The notes under the pieces: model-generated
The model's database searches: none
Told to the model about the DNA's origin: nothing
The model's input: the letters and a program-made list of their open reading frames with translations, nothing else
In this document: piece by piece, positions 8,440-16,081 of the stretch
Numbering within the stretch: position 1 is the first letter of the stretch
How the letters are laid out: the number at the start of each line of letters is the position of its first letter
Position numbers and translations under genes: made by a program
Source: a virus
Direction: 5' to 3' (one strand)
IMG/VR virus record: IMGVR_UViG_3300005262_000003
Length of the DNA: 43,109 nucleotides

Positions 8440-8715
8440 TTAAAAGGGAAGTTCCTGCTCCGCGAATACAGCTTCGTTCCATTCGATATCACCAAGCGAT
8501 AGCAATTCGAGCAGATAAGGCATAGCATCAAATTCTGCCGCTGCACGTGCGTTATTCCAAGCTGTGTCATCCCGCGCCACCAGCATGACCGGCAACTGGA
8601 ACTTCATCTGCAGCTCTGCCACCAACGGGCCAGCAACATCCCAAGCCAGCTGGCGCCGCTCTACCAAGACTACCGCCATGCGCACGCCGCGCAGGCGCTG
8701 AATGGAATGCAACAT
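8440..8715 (-). CDS. Hypothetical 91-aa protein translationally coupled to cI
   Basis: ATG 8715-8713 overlaps the cI stop 8717-8715 (TGATG). Product MLHSIQRLRGVRMAVVLVERRQLAWDVAGPLVAELQMKF... I recognise no family. Confidence 0.65.
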   Translation of the reverse strand: MLHSIQRLRGVRMAVVLVERRQLAWDVAGPLVAELQMKFQLPVMLVARDDTAWNNARAAAEFDAMPYLLELLSLGDIEWNEAVFAEQELPF

Positions 8716-9491
8716 CAAAATACTTCCGTCTCTCTTTTCACTACTCGACCAATAATTTGTGACGTATCTCCCGCGAAGGATTGCCGGTAATAACGTCGCT
8801 GATCCACATTGTCCGAAACTAGCCACCATCTTCCTGCATCACGCGTCAATCGTTTGATTGCCGGCTCTCCTTCGTAATTCACTGCGTAAACTGCACCAGA
8901 AACGGGCTTTGTGTCTGCCGTGTTAATAATGACCAGGTCGCCATCGTAAAACGTCGGCTCCATGCTTTCGCCGCGCACTCTGATTGCAATTAACTTGTCC
9001 CGACTATAGCCATGGCGCTCGATCCATTCGGTTGGTACTGTCGTTGACGACCCATCATACGGCTCGGGCTCAACCTCGAAGCCGCTAAGACCAGCCGTCA
9101 GCCGCAGCCGCACCTTTGGAATAATGGTGAGCCGCGGATCATCGCCGTCTGCTCCCTCGACACGCATGTAGCTGCCTGGCTTCAACCCCGCAAGGGAACC
9201 CTGAGTCGGCGACTCCACCTTCTCGGCCACCTGATCGACGACCTGCATCAGCCGCGGACTGATGAAGCGCGGATCCGCTTCGATGACGTTGCAAATGGCC
9301 AACAGGGCCTGAAGGTTCAGCGGAATGATCGCGCGCATGTACTGGCTGACCGCAGCTTGCGTCCCAAGGCCAGCCTCGGCGGCAAGCCAAGTCTGTGTCG
9401 CTCCATCGTGCGCGGCGCGATAGCTCTCCCAGGCCGCTTTCAGCCGATCAGCCTCGCCTCTTTCCTCAGCAGTAAGTTCCCGTCGTTTCAT
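8715..9491 (-). CDS. cI: CI-type prophage repressor (N-terminal HTH plus C-terminal S24 LexA-like autopeptidase)
   Basis: The C-terminus has GESMEPTFYDGDLVII (catalytic Ser) and AIKRL (Lys). A candidate Ala-Gly cleavage site lies in LTAGLSG. Divergent from cro. Confidence 0.9.
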   Translation of the reverse strand: MKRRELTAEERGEADRLKAAWESYRAAHDGATQTWLAAEAGLGTQAAVSQYMRAIIPLNLQALLAICNVIEADPRFISPRLMQVVDQVAEKVESPTQGSLAGLKPGSYMRVEGADGDDPRLTIIPKVRLRLTAGLSGFEVEPEPYDGSSTTVPTEWIERHGYSRDKLIAIRVRGESMEPTFYDGDLVIINTADTKPVSGAVYAVNYEGEPAIKRLTRDAGRWWLVSDNVDQRRYYRQSFAGDTSQIIGRVVKRETEVF

Positions 9492-9532
9492 TCTGACATT
9501 TTATTAGTGCTACTTTTTTTCCGTGCGACATC

Positions 9533-9584
9533 TTGAAAAGCATTGCTGTTAATGTAGAATGCAGAAAAATAAGCAATGCTCTTA
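9533..9584 (+). promoter_or_regulatory. PR-like promoter with OR operators
   Basis: TTGAAA (9533-9538), 16-nt spacer, TAGAAT (9555-9560). Palindromic core AGCATTGCT sits in the spacer (9539-9547). ATAAGCAATGCTCTT lies at 9569-9583. Confidence 0.75.
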
Positions 9585-9600
9585 AATTTTAGGAACGCAC

Positions 9601-9855
9601 ATGACCCTTGACGAACACCTGAAGGAAGTCGGCCAAAGCCAAAGCGAGTTTGGCGCCGAGCTCCATCCTCCTGCCTCGCAAGCCCTGGTCAGCCAGTGGG
9701 TTCGCGGTATCACTCGCGTCACCCTTGATTACGCGCTGCAGATCGAGCGCGCTACCGAAGGCCGCGTTACGCCGCAGGACTGCGCTGACATGTTCCGTGA
9801 CCCGAACGCACGACGAGCTGCTTCACCACAGCAGCTGTCGAGCCAGTCGCAGTAA
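9601..9855 (+). CDS. cro: Cro/YdaS-like HTH regulator
   Basis: 84 aa. SQSEFGAELHPPASQALVSQWVRG HTH. AGGAA Shine-Dalgarno. First gene rightward of the operator region. Confidence 0.8.
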   Translation: MTLDEHLKEVGQSQSEFGAELHPPASQALVSQWVRGITRVTLDYALQIERATEGRVTPQDCADMFRDPNARRAASPQQLSSQSQ

Positions 9856-9961
9856 ATCCTGCGACTTTTTTGCGCTTCGAAAGTTGCGCCTGGGCAGTTG
9901 CCCATCGGCCTTTGCCCTGAATCACCCGAAGTCCTGAACCACGCCTCAACTGGAGAAACCC

Positions 9962-10210
9962 ATGAAGAACCCCCGAAACATCGAAGTGAAAGCGCTGCTG
10001 AACGCCGACGAGTACGTCGAGTACAACACCGAGCGCGAAGCGGCCGGCGTCGAAACGAGCCCGCTCATCCGCACCTTCCTGAAGGGCTGGACTGCCGAGC
10101 AGAAGCGTAAGCGTTCCCAGCAGCAACCGGAATGGCCGGCATATGGCCACCAGATGGCCATGTTGCTGCCGGGCCGTGCCGCGCGCCCGCAACTGCGTAT
10201 GCGTCTTTGA
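9962..10210 (+). CDS. Small protein, 82 aa, possibly ribbon-helix-helix, in the cII position
   Basis: GGAGA Shine-Dalgarno. NIEVKALLNADEYVEYNTEREAAGVETSPLIRTFL resembles RHH/MobC-type N-termini. High GC3. Confidence 0.6.
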   Translation: MKNPRNIEVKALLNADEYVEYNTEREAAGVETSPLIRTFLKGWTAEQKRKRSQQQPEWPAYGHQMAMLLPGRAARPQLRMRL

Positions 10211-10253
10211 GGCCGGGGTCTGGACCGTTGGATAGCCCGAATAAGGAATAAAC

Positions 10254-10427
10254 ATGCAAGACCAGGCCAAGAGACAGGAGCAGGACAACAGGATCCTGCA
10301 CCGCGCTCGGGAATGGCGCCGGAAGGACCGGATCGCCATCACCGACAAGACCGACCGCGCGAAAGTGCGCGAGGAATACCACGCTCGCCAGCAGCTGCGC
10401 GAAGCGATCGACAAGGCGGAGGCGTGA
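10254..10427 (+). CDS. Mini-ORF, 57 aa, highly charged helical
   Basis: Hand translation MQDQAKRQEQDNRILHRAREWRRKDR... AAGGAA Shine-Dalgarno. Its stop overlaps the next ATG (TGATG). Confidence 0.55.
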   Translation: MQDQAKRQEQDNRILHRAREWRRKDRIAITDKTDRAKVREEYHARQQLREAIDKAEA

Positions 10428-10654
10428 TGGACCAGTCGATTACCTCTCGCGCAGCGATCGATGCGCACCTCCTCATCAACAAAGCCCGGGCCGCGTACAA
10501 GCGCGGCGTCGGCCGCGACGATCACGGCTTCAACTGGCATTCGCACCACGCGATCGCCGTGTGGCAGGCCGAATGGGACCGCTGCGCAGCTGCAGAAGCG
10601 GCTGTGCTGAAGGTCAAGCCCATGCTGGCCCAGGCGGAGGTATCGCCGCCATGA
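10427..10654 (+). CDS. Hypothetical protein, 75 aa
   Basis: Internal ATG of ORF 10313-10654, coupled to the upstream stop. MDQSITSRAAIDAHLLINKARAAYKRG... Confidence 0.55.
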   Translation: MDQSITSRAAIDAHLLINKARAAYKRGVGRDDHGFNWHSHHAIAVWQAEWDRCAAAEAAVLKVKPMLAQAEVSPP

Positions 10655-11787
10655 CCCCACGCGAGGCTGCCGTCCTACCGGCTCCCCTCACCCCGCCCGA
10701 CTGCGACCTCCAGGACTTCAAGTTCATGCCCCTGGACGTCGCACGCCTGCGCGACAGCGACATGGCAAGCGAGCAGACACCCGAAGAAAACTGGGCCGCG
10801 GTTCTGTTGTGGGCCGCCGCCTGGCACCAGGTCCCCGCCGGCAGCATGCCGGACAGCGACAACTGGATCGCGAAAGCGGCCGGCTACCTGTCGCGTGGCC
10901 GTGTCGATCCCCACTGGAAGGACGTCAAGGCAGGCGCCATGCGTGGCTTCGTCCTGTGCAGCGACGGCCGCTGGTACCACCCTGTCGTGTGTGAAAAGGC
11001 GAACGAGTCGTGGCTGGCGAAGCTGCGACAGCGCCTGAAAACGGAGTGCAACCGCATCAAGAAGCACAACGAACGACACGGGACACGCCTCCCCTTCCCT
11101 GACTTCGAATCGTGGTTCAACGCAGGATGTCCCACGGGACAACCACTGCCTGTCCCCGGTGACAACCCTCAGTTGTCGCTGGCGACAGATGGAATTGTCG
11201 CTAGTGACATGCCCCCGTTGTCGTTCGCGACAGACGGCGATGTCACCGGTGAAACACCCTCCAAGGGACAGAGACAGGGACAGAGACAGGGACAGGGACA
11301 GTTAACTTCTAACGACAACGACGACATTACGGACGGTGGATATGCGCGAGCGACTTCGGCCACGCTGCCGCCGCGCGAGGATCCGCCCCCAAGCAACGAT
11401 CCCGCGATCGCCGTCGCTGTCGCCCTGCGTAAACTCGGCGTGGATGCCACGTTCACGCACCCTGCCGTGCAGGACTGGACGAAGCGCGAGATCGCCCCCG
11501 AGGTGCTGCGCGCTGCCGTCGACCTGGCACGCGAGCAGAAGGGCCCGAACGCGAAGATCGCGCCGAACTACCTCGTGCCCATCGTCGAGAAGCTGCTGAA
11601 CCCTCCGCCCATGGCCGAGAGCAAGCCGCACCAGGTGCAGAACGATTGGGCCTGGAAGCGGACACCCCAGGGCATCGAGGCGAAGGGCCGTGAGCTCGGC
11701 ATGTTCGCCCGCGGCACCGAGAACCACCAGGACTTCGCTGTCCGGATCCAGAAGGAACTCGACAAACGCAAGGGAGGCCAGCCATGA
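10651..11787 (+). CDS. Replication initiation protein (YdaU/DUF1376-like N-domain, low-complexity linker, C-terminal domain)
   Basis: ATGA-coupled internal start. N-terminus CDLQDFKFMPLDVARLRDSDMASEQTPEENWAAVLLWAAAWHQVPAGSMP is typical of DUF1376. The linker DNA carries iterons. Confidence 0.75.
   Translation: MTPREAAVLPAPLTPPDCDLQDFKFMPLDVARLRDSDMASEQTPEENWAAVLLWAAAWHQVPAGSMPDSDNWIAKAAGYLSRGRVDPHWKDVKAGAMRGFVLCSDGRWYHPVVCEKANESWLAKLRQRLKTECNRIKKHNERHGTRLPFPDFESWFNAGCPTGQPLPVPGDNPQLSLATDGIVASDMPPLSFATDGDVTGETPSKGQRQGQRQGQGQLTSNDNDDITDGGYARATSATLPPREDPPPSNDPAIAVAVALRKLGVDATFTHPAVQDWTKREIAPEVLRAAVDLAREQKGPNAKIAPNYLVPIVEKLLNPPPMAESKPHQVQNDWAWKRTPQGIEAKGRELGMFARGTENHQDFAVRIQKELDKRKGGQP
11173..11234. 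repeat. Three palindromic iterons (putative ori) inside the initiator gene
   Basis: ttgtcgctggcgacaga (11173-11189), ttgtcgctagtgaca (11195-11209), ttgtcgttcgcgacaga (11218-11234). Start-to-start spacing is 22 and 23 bp. Confidence 0.6.
11265..11301. repeat. Tandem repeat (gggacagagaca)x2 plus (gggaca)x2, encoding GQRQGQRQGQGQ
   Basis: Read directly. Followed by a locally A+T-richer tract, 11302-11334. Confidence 0.85.
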
Positions 11788-12245
11788 CCCACACCCACGA
11801 AGACCGCGCCGCCGAGCGCGACTCGAGCATGTGCGCCGCGTACGGTTGCCCGCTGATGGGCACGTTCACCAGCTCGACCAGCGGCGCCAACGACTGGTGC
11901 TGTTCCTTCCATGCGAACAAGGGCGGCGGCCAGCTGCAGCAGATCACGATGATCATCAACCAGTACCGCTGGCTGGCCGAGGCGATCACGATCGTTCGCG
12001 GCATGGTCCCCGGCAATCCGCACCGCGCGAAGCTGCTCGAACGGCTCTGGAACGACTTCAACGTGCACGACCGGCCCGAGCTGTACTGGAACCGCGTCGA
12101 GACCGTGCGCCAGTGGGTGAACCGCCTCGACAAGGCCCTCGACGAGCTCGTGGCGCCGCACCTGCAGAAGTCCGAGCCGCCGACCCTTGGGCAGCCTGCG
12201 GAGACGTGGAGCAGCGCTGGATCATCGCTGCCGCTCTGGGCCTGA
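11784..12245 (+). CDS. Hypothetical protein, 153 aa, with Cys/His cluster (CAAYGCP...WCCSFH)
   Basis: ORF track. ATGA overlap with the upstream gene. Confidence 0.7.
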   Translation: MTHTHEDRAAERDSSMCAAYGCPLMGTFTSSTSGANDWCCSFHANKGGGQLQQITMIINQYRWLAEAITIVRGMVPGNPHRAKLLERLWNDFNVHDRPELYWNRVETVRQWVNRLDKALDELVAPHLQKSEPPTLGQPAETWSSAGSSLPLWA

Positions 12246-12315
12246 CGAGACCATTTCGCGCGCGAGCGCACCGAGTCCCCGGGTTGCGGGGACGACAACA
12301 ACCTGAAAGGCAGAC

Positions 12316-12681
12316 ATGAATTACCCCACCGAACTGCAGCAGAAGATGGCGGCCGCATCCACGTACGGCGCCGGCTCGATCATCGGCACGGGCGCGCTCG
12401 CCCAACACGATGCCGTTGGCCAAATGCCGCAGCGCGACCGACCGCCTGTTGATGTGTCGGCACAGCGCCTGTTCGAACGCCTGGAGCAGCTGCATACCGA
12501 AGTCGCACTGCTCACCGAGCGCCTCGCGCCGGTCACTCGCCCCGAGCTGACAGGCGAGGGAAAGGCTACCGTCCGCGGCCCGACCGAATGCCAGTTGGTT
12601 GAGATGCTGGACCAGGCGGCCGAGCGCGTAGAACACGCAATCACCCGTCTGGCCAGCGCGCGCAACCGCCTCTGCATCTGA
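12316..12681 (+). CDS. Hypothetical protein, 121 aa
   Basis: ORF track. GAAAGG Shine-Dalgarno. Confidence 0.65.
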   Translation: MNYPTELQQKMAAASTYGAGSIIGTGALAQHDAVGQMPQRDRPPVDVSAQRLFERLEQLHTEVALLTERLAPVTRPELTGEGKATVRGPTECQLVEMLDQAAERVEHAITRLASARNRLCI

Positions 12682-12738
12682 CCACCACCCCGCCCGGCCG
12701 CCGGGCGGCAACAACAACGACACGGGAGAACCTGAACG

Positions 12739-13266
12739 ATGATGATCTTGGAAAGCATGAAGCACTCGCCGGTGCGCAACTACGGCGGCATCCCCGGCCT
12801 GACGAGCTGGCTCATCGGCGAGCCGAGCGCGCGCGGCCTAGTCCGCCTGCTGGAGTGCTCGCGCACGCACTTCGAACCCATCGTGCCGCACTCGCACCGC
12901 TTCGACTTCGAATGCCGGGTGCTGCGCGGGAAGGTGCGGAACATCGTCTGGGAGCCGAGCGCAGCCGGCGACGATTACGAGACGACGGAAATCACGTACG
13001 GCGGCGCGCCTGGATCGTATGGCGAACACCGCCCGACCGCGCGCTCGACGTGGGCGTTCCGCACGGAGGTCTATCGCGAAGACCAGCGCTACGCGATGGA
13101 CGCGCACGAGGTGCATTCGATCTTCTTCGAGCGCGATACTGCCGTGCTGTTCTTCGAAGGACCGCAGACCGTCAACACGTCGATCTTCCTGCAGCCGGTC
13201 GTCGACGGCCAGGTCGTGCCGACGTTCAAGGTCGAGCCGTGGATGTTCCAGCGAGGTGGCGCATGA
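12739..13266 (+). CDS. Hypothetical protein, 175 aa, with possible cupin-like HxH...E...H signature
   Basis: GGGAGAA Shine-Dalgarno. PHSHRFDFECRVLRGKV and AHEVHSIFF motifs. The fold call is tentative. Confidence 0.65.
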   Translation: MMILESMKHSPVRNYGGIPGLTSWLIGEPSARGLVRLLECSRTHFEPIVPHSHRFDFECRVLRGKVRNIVWEPSAAGDDYETTEITYGGAPGSYGEHRPTARSTWAFRTEVYREDQRYAMDAHEVHSIFFERDTAVLFFEGPQTVNTSIFLQPVVDGQVVPTFKVEPWMFQRGGA

Positions 13267-13745
13267 ACATCCTCGCCATCGACATCGGCACCCAAACCGG
13301 CTGGGCCCGCAGCTCGCGCGCCGGCACCGTCACCAGCGGCAGCGAATCGTTCGCGCCGCGCCGCATGGAAGCGGCCGGCCAGCGCTGGCTGAAGTTCCGC
13401 GCCTTCCTCAACGACCAGCGGATCGCCGGCGGCGAGATCCACGCGATCTACTACGAGGACGTGAAGCAGCACGCCGGCACGCTCGCGGCGCACGTCTACG
13501 GCGGCTTCCTCGCGTGCCTGGAGATGTGGTGCGCGGCGAACAACGTGCCGCTCAAGCCAGTGGGCGTGGGCGTCGTGAAGAAGCACTGGACCGGCAAGGG
13601 CAACGCCGACAAGGCCGTCATGTGCGAGACGGCGCGCGCACGTGGCTTCCGCCCGAAGGACAGCAACGAGGCCGACGCGCTGGCGATCCTGTCGCTGGCC
13701 CAGCACCTGGAAGGCATCACGGCACCGGTGGCGGAGGCGGCATGA
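13263..13745 (+). CDS. RuvC-like Holliday-junction resolvase
   Basis: ATGA-coupled internal start. MNILAIDIGTQTGWA (catalytic Asp), YYEDV, and DSNEADALAIL motifs. Confidence 0.85.
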   Translation: MNILAIDIGTQTGWARSSRAGTVTSGSESFAPRRMEAAGQRWLKFRAFLNDQRIAGGEIHAIYYEDVKQHAGTLAAHVYGGFLACLEMWCAANNVPLKPVGVGVVKKHWTGKGNADKAVMCETARARGFRPKDSNEADALAILSLAQHLEGITAPVAEAA

Positions 13746-13918
13746 CGCCCGAGCAAACCACCCTCGCATGCGCCGCGTGCTTCGCCGTCGGCTTCATCGG
13801 CGGGTTCGCCGGCGGCTTCCGCGTCGCGGCCATGATCATGACCGGCGTGCGCACGGTGCGCGGCGCCCGCCTGCGCGTTGTGGCGTCGGACGGCCAACTG
13901 CGAGAGGACGTGGCCTGA
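13742..13918 (+). CDS. Small membrane protein, 58 aa
   Basis: ATGA-coupled. Hydrophobic segment LACAACFAVGFIGGFAGGF. Confidence 0.5.
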   Translation: MTPEQTTLACAACFAVGFIGGFAGGFRVAAMIMTGVRTVRGARLRVVASDGQLREDVA

Positions 13919-14655
13919 TGCGATTTTTCACCGGCACCCACCAGCCGAGCGACGCGCAGCACCATGACGCGAACTTCGTCAGCGTCAACCGCCTGCGCGC
14001 GCGCCGGTCCGGCTTCGCAGTTGGCGACTGGATCATGGATTCCGGCGCGTTCACGCAGATCCTGCGCCACGGCGGCTACACCGAGGGCGTCGAGGTGTAC
14101 GCCGCCGAGATCAAACGCTGGGCGAATAACGGAAACCTGCTGGCGGCCGTCGCCCAGGACTACATGTGCGAGGCTCACATGCTGGCGATCACCGGCAAGA
14201 CCATCGAGGAACACCAGCGCCTGACCATCGAGCGCTATGACGCGCTGCAGGCCTGCGACGTCGGCGGCGTGTACATCATGCCTGTGCTGCAGGGATACGC
14301 GCCCGACGATTACGTGCGCCACATCGCGATGTATGGCGAACGCCTCGCGCACGGTATGTGGGTCGGCGTCGGCTCTGTATGCAAGCGGAACGGTGACCCG
14401 CGCGCAATCGAACGCGTGCTGTTCGCCATCAAGGAAGCTCGGCCAGACCTGCTCCTGCACGGCTTTGGCGTGAAGACGACGGCGCTGTCGTCGTCGCTGG
14501 TCACCGAGCTGCTGCACACGGCTGACTCGATGGCGTGGAGCTTCGCCGCGCGACGCGAGGGGCGAAACCCCAACGACTGGCGCGAGGCCCGCGCGTGGAC
14601 CGAACGGATCGCACGCCGGCCGATGCAATTCGGGCTGTTCGGAGGTGCACAATGA
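13918..14655 (+). CDS. dpdA: DpdA-like DNA transglycosylase (tRNA-guanine transglycosylase superfamily, minimal 245-aa form)
   Basis: MDSGAFTQ (compare TGT DSGGFQ), VGVGSVCKR, LHGFGVKT and ADSMAWSFAARREG (compare archaeal TGT FDSASY..A). No Zn or tRNA-binding domains. TGATG-coupled start. Confidence 0.7.
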   Translation: MRFFTGTHQPSDAQHHDANFVSVNRLRARRSGFAVGDWIMDSGAFTQILRHGGYTEGVEVYAAEIKRWANNGNLLAAVAQDYMCEAHMLAITGKTIEEHQRLTIERYDALQACDVGGVYIMPVLQGYAPDDYVRHIAMYGERLAHGMWVGVGSVCKRNGDPRAIERVLFAIKEARPDLLLHGFGVKTTALSSSLVTELLHTADSMAWSFAARREGRNPNDWREARAWTERIARRPMQFGLFGGAQ

Positions 14656-15029
14656 CCGAACGCCGCGACATCGGCGCGCGCCTGGAGAACTGGGCGCGCG
14701 TCTACCACGACAACCCGCGACCAGGTCTCAGCCCGACGGCCGCGTTCTGCGACCAGCTGCGCCGCGAGGCCGAAGGCGAGAAGCCCCAAGCTGAGCGCCG
14801 CAAGGTCGACGAGGCCGATGCCGCGCTGATCGAACGCGGCATGCGGGAGCTCGAGACGAAGTACCGCATGCTCCTCTGGTGGTGCTACATCAAGCAGGCT
14901 CAGCCCGAGATCGTCTGCCGCAAGATGTCCATCGCCCACCGGCCGGCGACCGTCTTCGTCAACCTGTTCCGCGACGCCCAGCGCGCGATACAATCCGTGG
15001 TCGAAAAGTACGAGGAGCGGTGGCAGTGA
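14652..15029 (+). CDS. Q-type late-gene antiterminator-like protein
   Basis: LENWARVY... then DEADAALIERGMRELETKYRMLLWWCYIKQAQPEIVCRKMSI. This follows the pattern of phage antitermination protein Q (LERWGAWA...DDDA...L..YY). Lies upstream of the late promoter. Confidence 0.6.
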   Translation: MTERRDIGARLENWARVYHDNPRPGLSPTAAFCDQLRREAEGEKPQAERRKVDEADAALIERGMRELETKYRMLLWWCYIKQAQPEIVCRKMSIAHRPATVFVNLFRDAQRAIQSVVEKYEERWQ

Positions 15030-15499
15030 GCACGGACGGAAACGAATTCAGGAAGGTCCACTGGACCGGCGACCAGTGGGAGCCGAGCGACGATGACGGC
15101 CCCGACGGCCTGCCCGTGCAGCCGCCGCGCGGGCCCGGCCTGTCTGCCGAAGACCTGGAGCTGCTGACGCTGGCCGCGCGCGCACTCGGTGCCGTGCGCA
15201 TCGAGGAAGTCGAAGGCGAAGCGTGGCTGAACCTGTACTTCGCCGATGGATCGACCGCGTGGAACTGGAACCCGCTCCTGCACAGCGACGACACGATTGA
15301 CCTGGCCGCGCGACTGTCGAAGCGTGACGGTGGCGTTGCCGTCCTTCTAAACTCTCGCTTCGACCAGACAGGCTTCGCGACGGTGTACACAGATGAGCAC
15401 CACGTGAGCAGTCAGGAATGGATGCTTGACGACCCGAAGGCGGCGATTCTCCGCGCCGTCACGCGCGCCGCTGCCGAGATTGGCAAAACCATGGCATGA
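15026..15499 (+). CDS. Hypothetical protein, 157 aa (DUF2591/ABA-sandwich-like pattern)
   Basis: GTGA-coupled GTG start. LELLTLAARALG...WNWNPLLHSDDTIDLAARL pattern. Confidence 0.6.
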   Translation: MSTDGNEFRKVHWTGDQWEPSDDDGPDGLPVQPPRGPGLSAEDLELLTLAARALGAVRIEEVEGEAWLNLYFADGSTAWNWNPLLHSDDTIDLAARLSKRDGGVAVLLNSRFDQTGFATVYTDEHHVSSQEWMLDDPKAAILRAVTRAAAEIGKTMA

Positions 15500-15509
15500 C
15501 GCCCGAGCG

Positions 15510-15836
15510 TCAGAAGTCCAGCTGCTCGAACGTAATGCCCAACGCGGCCGCGATCTTTTCCTTGGTCGACCGGCGCAATGATTCGCTGTTCTCCTGCTTC
15601 GCATAGGACGGCTGGGAAATCTTCAGTCGCGCGGCCACCTCGGCTTGCGTCAGCCCCAGGTACTCGCGCCAAGCGCGCACTGGCGTGGCCCCGTCCACCG
15701 TCGCGCTCACCACCTCGTGCGGGATCAAGCCCCGCTCCTCAATGAGGCTCTTTCGATATTCGTCGTAGGGGATAACGACAAAGGCCGGCTTCCCGTCCGG
15801 CCCGTTGATCACTTGGATGTTAGTAGGTGCGTTCAT
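15510..15836 (-). CDS. Type II antitoxin, C-terminal XRE-type HTH
   Basis: LGLTQAEVAARLKISQPSYAKQE HTH. Overlaps the upstream toxin gene by 17 nt. Confidence 0.8.
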   Translation of the reverse strand: MNAPTNIQVINGPDGKPAFVVIPYDEYRKSLIEERGLIPHEVVSATVDGATPVRAWREYLGLTQAEVAARLKISQPSYAKQENSESLRRSTKEKIAAALGITFEQLDF

Positions 15837-16074
15837 CTCGTTTGCTCACTTCGTTGATTTCGACGATTTTGATTTGTCCGTCCCAGTCAAACAGCACCCG
15901 ATAGTTGCCGACTCGGAGCCGGTAGCCGCTGTCGTGGTTCGTCAGGGCTTTGACGTTCTGGCAGTTCGGCATCGTGGCCAGCTTCATCACCGCATCGCGG
16001 ATCGGGCCCTGCACCTGTTTGTCCAGTTTGCGCAGTTGCTTGGCAGCTTTTTGGGTCCAGTTGATCGAGTTCAT
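15820..16074 (-). CDS. RelE/ParE-superfamily toxin (toxin-first, HigB-like order)
   Basis: 84 aa. YRLRVGNYRVLFDWDGQIKIVEINEVSKRDERTY is the characteristic RelE/ParE C-terminus. Confidence 0.85.
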   Translation of the reverse strand: MNSINWTQKAAKQLRKLDKQVQGPIRDAVMKLATMPNCQNVKALTNHDSGYRLRVGNYRVLFDWDGQIKIVEINEVSKRDERTY

Positions 16075-16081
16075 GAGATGT

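Noticed and set aside
9891-9904. 14-bp palindrome TGGGCAGTTGCCCA between cro and the next gene.
   Set aside because: The 2-nt centre is too short for an RNA hairpin and there is no T-run, so it is not a terminator. It could be a protein-binding site, but it is a single occurrence with no partner elsewhere, so support is insufficient.
9767-10660. 297-aa minus-strand ORF across the early-right genes.
   Set aside because: It is antisense to four compact, Shine-Dalgarno-preceded, translationally coupled plus-strand genes. Composition looks like a high-G+C artefact.
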